Assembly (NCBI GenBank): GCA_036172245.1
Contig: JAYWIR010000003.1
Span: forward strand, 5,332,001 to 5,396,000
Reading direction: 5' to 3'
DNA: 64,000 nucleotides
DNA from: Raillietiella orientalis
Taxonomy: Eukaryota
Shown here: positions 25,650-36,589 of the stretch, piece after piece
Numbering within the stretch: position 1 is the first letter of the stretch
Layout: each line of letters opens with the position of its first letter
The notes under the pieces: generated by a model
What the model was told of the DNA's origin: nothing
Seen by the model: the letters and a program-made list of their open reading frames with translations, nothing else
Database searches by the model: none
Made by a program: the position numbers and the translations under genes

Positions 25650-26150
25650 GGAGCTTATCTTTTTCGCACTCGGTAGTTGAGAATTGTGTGGATCTTGTTT
25701 ACAGGTTCAGAATGGGAGAGACGAGATTTGTTCCTTTGGAAAAAAAAGGAAAGATCTTATTAATATCTCTCTACTTGGAGCAACGACTACGAACTAATGG
25801 GAACCTGTCAAAGCTGCCAAAAGCAGTCCGATTTTATGGATTCCCAGGATCGGGAATACGATGATGTCCAGAAAAATTGTGGAATTCATCTCTGCATGAC
25901 CTTCACCGTGACAAAGTGGTTCATCCGAATTCGTTACGTTGGGGTGAAATGTCAATCGATGCGAACCGTAGGATGCAGGGAATTCCTACTCTGAGGCAGA
26001 CATTCGTTATTCTTGGAGCCAAGGCAAGTGCGTTCCCTTTGAGTGCAGATGGGAGTCGCGTTACATTACATCAGACGCTGTCTTGTGCCGATGGTGCCTG
26101 GGCTGCGGGATATTCTTCTTCCCATCGGGCAACTTTGAATGCGCTTGCTC
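25650..26150 (+). mobile_element. hAT transposase relic, catalytic-core part
   Basis: FIRIRYV...REFL (compare SICIRYV...EEFLGF) and CADGAWAAG (compare YDGAANMSG). Confidence 0.55.
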
Positions 26151-26399
26151 GTTGGTAACTTGGGAAGCTAAATCCAAAGCTGCCCTCATCTTGAGAGCGG
26201 GAGCAAACGGGAGTGCATCCTGTTGATTCTCCAGATCTGCAGATTCCGTTTGTTCCTCCTGAGATTTAAAACACTAACTGGGAGAGGACCTCAATATGTT
26301 GTGTGCACAGTGGTCCTGATCGGTCCTTGCTTTGCTTCTCAGTAATATACCTAAGCGCTCATCTCCAACTATCCACTTAGAGGGATGAAATTATATAAA

Positions 26400-27930
26400 A
26401 TGAAGAAGCAGCGGCGACGACGCCCTGCAGCAGTATGTGAGATTGGCCGGGAACAGCGTGTCTTTGGTATGTGGAAGAATGAAAGCAGCCCTCACTGCTG
26501 CGCCAAGCGGCGTGCTGATGGATTCCAATTCAGATGTCCCTCGAAATCATCAAAGCGCATCTGATTCGAGAAATGAAGGGTACGCCTGAAATCTTGTCAG
26601 GCAGAGATCAGAATGGTCTCCTGCCTGAATGCCAAATTTGCACCCATAGCTAAAAAGGACATTTGCAACACTTTCAGTTGGACTTTCTGTTTGGAAAAGA
26701 AGCCCTGACAAACACATCTCAAATGCCACTTTCAACGGAAAATTTGTACTGGAAACGTGATCTACAGCAGCAGTTGTCACTGTAAATCTTTGTCTTTTGT
26801 GTATAATACGCCACTTTTGGAAAATTTGCACATGGATAAGACCAAGATTTTCTATTTGCTTTCTGCTCGCCTATTTTTGCTACGATGAAGACGTAACGGT
26901 CTCCATGCTTGTCCGAATGTCGTGGGAAATTCAGGCTGTTCTTCGGAGTTCATCAAATTCCTAAAAGTCAGCTATACAGTTAATTGAGATCGCACTGGGT
27001 GAGAATTACTCTGTTTTTCCCTCTTTCCTGTCTCTGCCTAGTGATGTGGCATCTGATTATGATTCAGCGATATTAGTACAGCTCCTTGGATGACGGAAAC
27101 ACACAGGAGCTATGGAAACCAAGTGGCTGAATCATGAACGCTGGTCTAGAGGCACCCATTGCATCCTTACGATCCTCCATGCCGATCTGATATCTGCAAA
27201 GATTGCCGAGATAACAGATCGAGAAGCAGTTCTTACGGGTCCACAGGAAGCACGGAGTAGACGGCTATTCAGTCATCTGCAGAAATCCTGGTTATGATAT
27301 GAAAAAGAATCATTCAGCCTTTATGACAGGGAAGATGGGGATTCGAGATGCCTCTACTGCTCTTCCAGTCTCGATTATCGCCTTGTAATATAATGATCAG
27401 TTGAAAAAGAAATACTGACTCGGATTTCGAGTCACAGAAGGAGGGAGGCCGACAGCATTCTGTAGAATTAAAGTTGGCAGCCAGGCAGCTGGAAGAGGAG
27501 CCGTGAAAATTCATAGGAAAAGGATAATGAGGAAAATTCCTACTCTCGACCTCAAGGTTGATCATGGTCCTGCACGCAATGCGGATCTGCTGCCGGGGTG
27601 CTATAAAACCCATGTTCCCTACACTTACAAGAATTGGACACTAAGAATTCAGGACAAGGACTTAATGATTATGATTGACCGGAAATGGATTGCTGATCAT
27701 CACTCTGAAAAATCCTGAAGCCTTCCTGGCAGAGCTCGCCAAGGCTGTGATTGCTCCCAGCACGACTCGAATGATTCCAGTAGTTTGAGCCCAATGGGTT
27801 TGAGTTTTCAGCAATTTTAGAAGCAAAATCTATGGCTCCTCGCTCTCCAGGCAACGGGCCATGGCTATGCCGTCGAATGGTCACCTGAATCTGCACCTTC
27901 AACGGAGGATGTGCTGCATACTTCAAAAAA
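26400..27930 (-). mobile_element. Gypsy/Ty3 pol remnants (RNase H 27930-27670; integrase core 26830-26400)
   Basis: ERGAIDFASK...SNY (RNase H) and AAVDHVSSTNFPLK...VANVLFSYGCKFGIQAGDHSD (rve core). Confidence 0.6.
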
Positions 27931-28672
27931 GTATAACTGATTGGATAGAGACAGATGCGAATCTATCCCCCGGATGCTACGATAAGAAGCTCTGTCATCA
28001 GGAGTGGGGAGTAAAGGAATATGTCAGGAGATAATATTGTAAAATTTATCTTCCGTGTTTCCAGTGACAACAGCAAACTTCGCCAAGAAGAGAATCTTCA
28101 GTGCAGCTGAGGCATCAGGACTGCAGCAAAGAAGAGCCAAGTTTTTCGAGATAAATGCATTCTTTTTTTTTGATCTCAGAGAGAAGTGCAAAAGAGCTTA
28201 TTTTTCAGAAAAGAGACGAGAAACTGCAGCTGAAGTAGCATCTCTATTCTTGGGGGGGAAGGAAAAAAAGAAGGATGTTTTGCATTAGCTTAGAATCATT
28301 TCTAAAAGCATAAGGTTCTGAAAAAAGCATATCTGTGGAAGGAGTGATGCTGCGTTTGAAGAGTTGATAACTGTTTGCTCCCACAGTTTCTTCCAAACGG
28401 CATGAATAAATGGATCCTGCAGAGGATATTCAGATAAGCTTCTTACCTCTAAGATCCTCTGATAATAGATGAATCGCAAGAGTCACAGAAGGAGCGGATA
28501 GGAATAACTGAGAATGAATGATCCTTGGAGGAGATCCCTTTGATTCTTCCTTAGAAAAGAATGAGGGAAAGATGGGTGCACCGTTTGACCGAATTTGGGG
28601 TGTTTAATACTTCGGCTGAAGAAACTATAGGGCAGTATACCGGGGTCCACTCTTTCGGGCCTCAGGAAACTT

Positions 28673-28721
28673 TACAGTAGAAGCAAGCAAGCATACCTAT
28701 ATACAGTTTCCTTCTACTGTA
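28673..28721. mobile_element. 45-bp Tc1/mariner(pogo)-like mini element or hairpin with TA flanks
   Basis: TA|CAGTAGAAG...CTTCTACTG|TA; a 12-bp perfect inverted repeat including the flanks. Confidence 0.5.
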
Positions 28722-30789
28722 AGGAAATCCGAATCTGTTGGATGCTCCACATGACAGCCATCTTCGTATCGTTTGGGTATCGTCCCTATTTCTCAGCTAC
28801 CAAGTAGCCCCATCGCTCAATTCCATTTCGCAACCATACATTTCCTTGCATGTAAAATCGGTCAGGTGGCTCCCGTGGAAGTATCCACTTTAGTTCAACT
28901 CTTGTTCCACTTTATTAGAAATTCCTAATGCAAATCACCCCCACCTTCAAAATTACGTGCTGCTCTTGGGACTATTTTCTGCTGTTTCGCAACATCGATC
29001 CCTCGTTTCCTTCCTTGAAACAGAGTTTATCATCGTTTGTCGAGATAAAAACTTCTCGCTCTCTTATGATATTTTCATCTACGATGCACACCTTCGGCAA
29101 CGGCATTTTCGAAACAGACGTTCCCCCAAAGGTGAATTTCATTCAGTGGCCTTCTGGATTCGGCAATTCTTTGCCTCAGACATGCACACCAGAAATGGTT
29201 AAAGGATGGGTCTTGAAGTTCCGATCTCCTCTCTGTCGCATTCGGAGCATCCCCCATCTCTGAGAGATTCTGCGCAAAGTTTCCTAGGAAACTTTAATAA
29301 GCACGGATGGTAAGGCCTGCACCCAACCGCACGTTACTCACATCTTCGAGAGCGGGTCCCCCTTATTTTTCCTGGAAAAAGGGAATCGTATCAGAAGTAC
29401 AGCTTTGAGTAATCTTTGACGTAATCTTAGATCTCAAAATCCCTCTTTCCACTTTCTGCCTCCTGACATTTGAATCGCGAATTCCTCATTCTTTCTCACG
29501 GAACTTTTGATTTCCATCTTCTCAAGTCGAAAGTTTGAAAATTCTTAATCCTTCTTCCTTGAATACTTTCGATATTCCTTGGAAGGGAATTTCTCGAGTG
29601 GCTGGCAAAGTGACTCGGAAACGTTCAGGAGCGGATGGAAGTAATCGATAAGCAGAAAATGTCTAAAATATTCCAAGGACTACCCCTTCCACTTTTTCAG
29701 CAGCTTGCCTTTGGTTTATCTTTTTCTGCACTGCAGCAGATCAGAATTTTCGAAGCAGAGATTCCCTGTTTCATGCTCCTGTCGAGCCTCTGGATCTTCC
29801 GAGCAGAAATACGTGCAGGAAAATTCAATTTTGATTCCAGGAGGACAAATCGAATTGAATAAGTTTAAGGATCATGCGGAATCTCGATATTCCTGTTGAT
29901 TCTTCACATCAGCATCCGCTTTTGGGGACCTCGAATAAGCGTTCCTAGCTGGAACAGAACCCGTGCTTGCCTCTTCTGCAGTCCCTGAAACACCGCAAAA
30001 AACGTCAGCTTCAGGAGCGACGTCGGCGGATGCGCAGCTGAATTCATGCAACCAACGTGGCTACTTCCGGTATCTGCGGGCAATCTTCTTTGTGAAGAAC
30101 TACAGGGTGCACTCAGGGATGTCTTCGTTGCTGCATCCGCATCCGATGCACGAATTCACAGACACAAAGTAACTGTAGGAACTGTAAGAAACTTACTGTG
30201 AAAACAGTAAGTTCCTCCCTTATTCTCTGCTGCCAACGTCTCTCCAGCAAGCAGAACCGCGGTTATGAAAATCAGGTTTCCACGCATTACTCTTTGGAAT
30301 GCAGCTAGGTGAGAATTCAAGCTCCAGGACTTTCTATTCGTCACGAATAGAAGTGACTTCAAGTGGAGAAGAGGGTCCTCGTGGAAATCAGCCTCCCACT
30401 GCTGCCAACTCCAAAATTCACACACACACAGAAATAGATGATAATGCGTTCAATTAGATCAGCAGACCTGCAGAGAATATAAATCTTGAGGACAGAGGTA
30501 TTTAGAATCTTGGATGAGATCGTTCTTCTGTCAAGCGACATCTGCATCCTCATAGAATTGCAAATGTTATTAAGGATCAGGACAGTGATCTTTCGCAGTA
30601 AATTTTTCTTGAAATGAACCCGCGTATTTGATTAAAGAGTTGAGTGCAGCGAACGAGTTGGTACAAGAATACCAATTCTGCTGCCAGAATAAACTGTCAG
30701 ATTTCATCTTGCCTTCACGTATAGGAAGCGACATCCGAAAGAACGTACATTTATACAAGTGTAAATTCAATTTCAAGTGGAGAGCCAAG

Positions 30790-31720
30790 GAAAATTAGAT
30801 CCTGGAGGATAGGCTTGGTATCACTTTGTGTATTGCTAACTGAATAATGAGGAACCAGCGATTCATGTTGCCGAGGATCAAAAGTTTGCTGCCAGTGGAG
30901 AATAATTGGAAAATGTTTTCGATAGGATCACTGCTAGAAAAGAGGGAGCAGCCGTGAATCCGATCAGGAATGGACTCGGAATTCCCGCAAAAGGGCTGAA
31001 AGAGCATGGAGAATGTGTTCCAATCTCGCTGTGCTAAGACAGAACAGTGAAAGGCCGTTGCTAAGGATGATGGAAATCCTTTTCTGTCTTCGCAGTTCTT
31101 CGACCCGAGGGTGGGCAGTCTTCAAGATAGGAAGTACCCAGGGAGGGGTCCGCCCTATGAATCCAGGAAGGACTCCGAGTCCGTTCCTCTCACGCCTGGA
31201 AAGGGATCCCCGGAAATGGAGTTCCCCCCAACCTGGTTGTCTCCGAAGGGGGATCCGGAAGGTAATCTCCTTCCTTATTCTCTCCGAAGAGACCCTTGGA
31301 GGGGTCCGTTCCAGTTTTTCTTCTCTGAAGGGAACCCGGAAGGTGACGCTTCCGAAATTCAGAAGGACACAGCTTCCCCGAAGGGATAGGCCTGCGTCTC
31401 TGCACTCCCTGGAAAGGTGGTGGCGACACACCTACTCCATCAGTACGACGCGGAGGGTTCCCCCGGGATGGGGGGTCCGCTCCTTCACAACCGGAGGGGA
31501 AACTCCCCGCTCCTCGATTTCTGGAAGGATCTGGAGGTCGACTCCCATTTGTCCCGGCCCTCATCGGGGGGGGCATCCGGTTTTAACCGCTACCCATGCC
31601 GCACCCGGATGAATGTAGGCGTCATCTTCTGGGGTGAAATCGTGACCCACGACGCATGGTGCCACGCGCGGAGACCGCCGTAACCACACGGCCTCCGACG
31701 CGAGCTAGTGAACTGGGATT
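30790..31720 (-). mobile_element. 5' part of a Tx1/L1-like LINE (GC-rich 5' UTR, ORF1, start of EN)
   Basis: TPPRVSSERIRKEI...PGWGELHFRG...LPGFIGRTPPW resembles the ORF1 RRM region; KLLILGNMN resembles the EN GDFN motif. Confidence 0.65.
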
Positions 31721-33410
31721 CGGTTCTCCAGAATTCGGTTTCGCACTTTCGTTCATGCCATACGTGCAGACTAAGCGCAAAATACAGACTGCAAGGCATC
31801 CATAGATCGAAAAGAATTCGCCGAGCTAAAACTCCGTAAAAGGAGATAGTGCTCGCTTTTGTTCAGCTGCAGATACTAATTGGTGATTCTTTTCAAAGAG
31901 AAGCTGCTATTAAACCGATTTTATTATTTGCCTTATCTCGAAAGTGTGAGAACGGTACTGCCGTTTGAGGCTCAGTGCGTCCGAAAATCCGAGAATTGTT
32001 CAAACTTCAAAATGCCGTGATGAATAGTGAGCGACCCGAAATCCGAGTTTGCAGCTGCTCTGGACCTTTTCCAGTGCAAAAATTGCTGCTCAAGATGAAA
32101 AACGCTGACTTGGGGGAGATTACGAAAAACTTTCGTGTACAGAAAACGCACGTTACTTTCGAACTAGGCAGTGTCCTCCCCCGGATAGACGGCAATAATT
32201 TCATCACGTTTTCTTTTGCCAACAGCAAAAATTGGTCACGGGAATTAAATAATCACAGAGGATTTTTTGGATAATTTCTCTCTGCCTGGAAGGGAACGTC
32301 ACGTTGACATCTCTCCGGAGGCGCGAACAAGATTTTTTGATCCTCGATAGAACGCGGAAGAAAATCCGGAACCTTCAATTTTTGTCAGAGGACACGAAAT
32401 TCAAATGCGGCAGCTCTAATTGGCGTGTGGCTGGAATTCGAGGGAAACGGCTAGAAGACTCATCAATTCTCTCAGTAAAGAGTCGCTGATTCGAACACGG
32501 CAAGTCAGGACGAAAGCAAGAAGACCTCAAACGTTTCGTGCCGAAGACGCTCAAAATTCAACTCTTCAGACACTCCCACCTGTGAGGAGCGTCTCGAAGG
32601 CGATGTTTTCGTGGCACCCGAGCCGGCATGTAAATTCTATAGATTTCTACTTGGAATTCCCATGAACTTGGATTGCTCCACTGCTTTGTGCACAGAGGCC
32701 CCCATCTAAGTCTGACGTTTCGATGGAGGATGGAGGGATGGTGAATCTGCAAAGTCGTCAAAGCTAGAAGGTGTGCTTAGAAAACGCGTCCGAGCAATGG
32801 CAAGCACTCTATGCAGTGGCTTAGATAATCCTTATTCAGACCTTGAGAAAATTATTGCATCTTCAGGATTATTTGAAACAGGAATGATCTTTAGAATTCA
32901 GGGGAAGGGGTTATGTCAGTCTCTTTGTTTGATCTCAGTCCCTACGGTATTCCTGTTTTTCCATCTCTGGAACAATCGCGGCAGGTCATGAAAGATTTTT
33001 TTTCCTACTTCCCGACTGCCCTGGTCATCTCAGGTGGTGCCAGGTCTGAAAAACATCTTTTCAGGATCAAAGGAACCTTGGAGCAGATGGTAGCAACGAC
33101 ATAAGCAATCGTAGGTTTATTTTCCTTTTAAGAGAAATCAGCTCGAAATCTCACCGTGGGCACCTCCATGCAATGAGATGAGTGATAGAAAAGGGGGAAA
33201 AAAGAAATATTTCCAAATTTCGGAATCCAAAAAAATAGTCTCTAAACTCGGCTCGGAGTGCTGTAACAAAAATCGTGCCGTGATCGGGCGTTTCCGGATC
33301 GTGATCTCTGGTCCCAACTTTCCTCAGCATCACGGCGTACCTTGGGGAGGAACATTTCAATGGCTGGCGCTTGCTTTTGGTGCGTTCCATCGAGGACTCA
33401 TTCCCTGGGG

Positions 33411-33858
33411 CAGCGTTTCCCAAACTGCGTTCCCTGGAAAGTCAATAAGTGTTCCGTCAAAAATTGTGGAAATGAATGTGTTTTAAAGGCTGCGCCAAGT
33501 CGAAAGGCGTTTGGAACGCGGGCGTTCCTCCCTTTGCATGTCAGCAGCTTTCTAATACTGTGCCTCATATGGAAAGAATTTGCAATTCAAAGACCACCAA
33601 AACATGGAGGTCATTAAGAACGCAGTTTTACTAGTACTACACGCCAGTTGATTTAACTATTTTCACGTGCTTCGTTTTGCATAATTGAAATTTGAGAATG
33701 AAATCTTTGTTTTGCTTTCTTAACTCTTATGTTTACTTGCTTAATCTATTTATTATTAATGCCTACCTACCCTATAAAATAATATAAAATAACAGTGTTC
33801 CGTTGAAATGTCCGAATTTGTGAAGTTCACCGTCATAGGAAAAGTTCGGGAAACGCTG
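33411..33858. mobile_element. Non-autonomous hAT (Charlie-like) MITE, 448 bp
   Basis: TIRs CAGCGTTTCCCAAACT and AGTTCGGGAAACGCTG (1 mismatch), AT-rich non-coding interior, and 8-bp flanks CCCTGGGG/CCCCAGGG. Confidence 0.88.
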
Positions 33859-35559
33859 CCCCAGGGTCATTTGCTCCAAGCCTTGATGACTTCGTACAAT
33901 GTATCATTTTGCATTTTCTGTTTGTCCATTTGCGTACACGCTATTTGTCTTCAGCATTGCTGAGCTCCGTTCCCCCTTTTTAGAAAACACTATTCAGAAT
34001 TATCTCCTCGCCGGGGGATCGAAGAAGTCGGTCCTTATCCTTCTCTCTTCCAGAAGCCAACGAGGAAGAGCTTCAAAATATTGCTGAGAGGCCTCAGCAA
34101 GGAATCCAAGGGAGACTTTTTCAAAAAAAATCGTAGTCGTAGATGGGGGTACACTTGCACGGGCCCAAGATTTTAATGGTCACTCCAGATAATTCGGAAA
34201 ATAAAGTCTTTCATTTTAAGGGTGCTCGACTCAAAGTGCTCACAGCTGGAGTGTTCGAAATTGACGATATTTCTTCAGGTTCGAGGCAACTTCTTCTTCA
34301 GAGAACATGCAAATGCCTTATGCCCGAGATCTTAGCAATAGTTCTTTGTAATCAGTGTTTGAGACTATTTATTTTTCGAAAATGAGGTAAACTTTGGTTT
34401 TTTTTTTTTTTTTTTTTTTAACATCAATGAAGTCAAAAGCAGCGGTAAATGAGCGGGGAGAGGAGGGGGCAAAAAAAAAAAAAAGGGAAAAGATTGTATC
34501 TCTTAGAATGAATGCCAACCCATTTCGTAGAAGCAGAGAGAAGTCAATCTTCGAAATTAAAAAATAATCTATTCTAGTCACTGCAGAAACTCCCTTCTGT
34601 AGCCCTAAGATTCGCAATTCTAGTTCCAATCCCATTTTATCTATTAGAAATCCCAGGATTAACGTAGCGATTGCCGTCTGAATCAGTTTCGCCAATGATG
34701 ATGCAATAGAATCTTAGTTCAAGCAAGATTGTTTCCTTGCCAACCAGAGCTGACTACCCTCTTTCGCGTTCGCAAGTCCCGAAAGCTTTTCTGAACGTGA
34801 GATTAAAATCATATTACGATAAAGCATCGAAACTTCTCGAAACCATCAGTGAATCATTAGTCATCAATCACAGCTAATATATTCTTGATACTGCGTAATC
34901 AGGAACTGGACTAAGGGACTGGTTCTGAAGGTGGGCATGGCAACGTCAGATCCGCACGGGTATTCTTCTTAGCATGAGATTGGAAAAACTGCAGGCTCAA
35001 GCGCAAAAGTGGGCTCCAGAATTCCGGGAATCTGCGCTTCGATCAAGGGCTGGAATCTCCGAACTGACACTTTCTCCGAACAAGACATAGTCACATAACG
35101 AGGTACTACATCAAGAATCCCTGATTACTACAGATTAGTCCGAAGCAGAATTACAAGCTGGAGAAGCTCTAGGAAATGCTCACTAATGGAACCTTGTTTT
35201 GACAGACTGCAGTGTTTTGAGGAATTACTGTCCTTTTCGCGGAGGAATCTGCAAATACTAGGCAAGCGGTAAGACAGATGCCTTCAGAAGAAAGGTCCCT
35301 GGAAGGAAATTATCCTTCGAATTTTCCCTCTGACGAGCAACGAGCGTTCATGATCTAAACATGAGGCTTGATTTCACCATTGGAATGCATAAAGGGTCCT
35401 CCGATTCTTCCCAGCCTCCAGCACTGCTTCGAAAATAGCCTAGGCATCACTTCGACGCGAGTTCCTTTGATGAGTTCACTTGTCACAGGTGTCTTCTTCC
35501 TCAGCTGAAGCTTCACCAAGGAAGAATGCTATGGAGGAAGCGAGAATTCGCCCGATCTT

Positions 35560-36580
35560 CTAATCCTGCAGAATGATGCGGGTGCTGTCGATCATGGCAG
35601 GCGAAAATTCTGGGAGGCGTTCTTTTCGGTTTCCGGAGCACCATCCAAAAATTCGGAACGGAAAACGCCGGTGATCGACAAGTTTCCCAGAGATCGTGGA
35701 ACTTTTGGTGAACGGCTCCTCCAACAGCTCTTCTCCATCTAATCTTCCTCTCAAAAATGAAGTTTCCGAGGGGTAAGTCAGATATCCGTCCTTAGAGAGC
35801 GGCCTTTTTTTTTTTTTTTTTCCTTATTCTCTTAGCGTGGCTTCAAACTTTTGAAAGGGTGCGTTTTGCTGCTTCGAAAAGAACAGTCCAGAATGGCTGC
35901 GTGAAACAGAAGCTCCAGTTGCTGGAAGCTGTGGGATGCCAGGAGTGAGACCGAGGATATCAGTCTTGGGAAAATATGAAAACAAAGCATAATTAAAAAA
36001 GAATTCAAAAATACCTACGTCCCGCGGATCCAAGATGTACTTGCGAGAGTGAAGGAGTTTCTGGTCCTGAGGTCTGAAAGAATGCTCCAGCAGCTTGCAT
36101 TGGAATCTTCTGATGGTGTCGAAAACCGGTCTGCTTGCTACAAATGCAAAAATAAACGGGAAATGACTCTTGGAAAGTTATTTATTTCATGTTTCTCTTC
36201 CTCGAAGGAAATATTTTCTCTTTTTATTCTCACTTGCGTCTCCTGAATCACACTTCCAAGACCAATCTTTGTATCCTTGCATTTCCTTTTTTCATCCTTT
36301 GAGCGGCAGAGTTTATGCCTTACTGTCTGAACATTGGGACTGGTTATTACCTATCATCACTTATAAGGGTCTCAGCATGTTCCTCAAGCTTGAACACCGA
36401 AGAATACACGTTTTCTCATCAGAGTTGCCACGTTCCCGTTCGTGTTCCGGAGACGCCTCTATTCAGTTTACTTGGATTACACGGCGAATCATTTGGGTGC
36501 ATTGAAGCCTCCAACGAATATTGCGCTGGGGTGCATCTTGATGACAGCAACACGATCATCGCAATGCTGTAAATCGCATG
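35560..36580 (+). mobile_element. BEL/Pao remnant (gag and integrase pieces)
   Basis: RKFWEAFFS...VIDKF (gag-like) and GKLFISCFSSSKEIF (integrase YICLFTCxxTRAVHLE-like). Confidence 0.5.
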
Positions 36581-36589
36581 AGTTTCACC

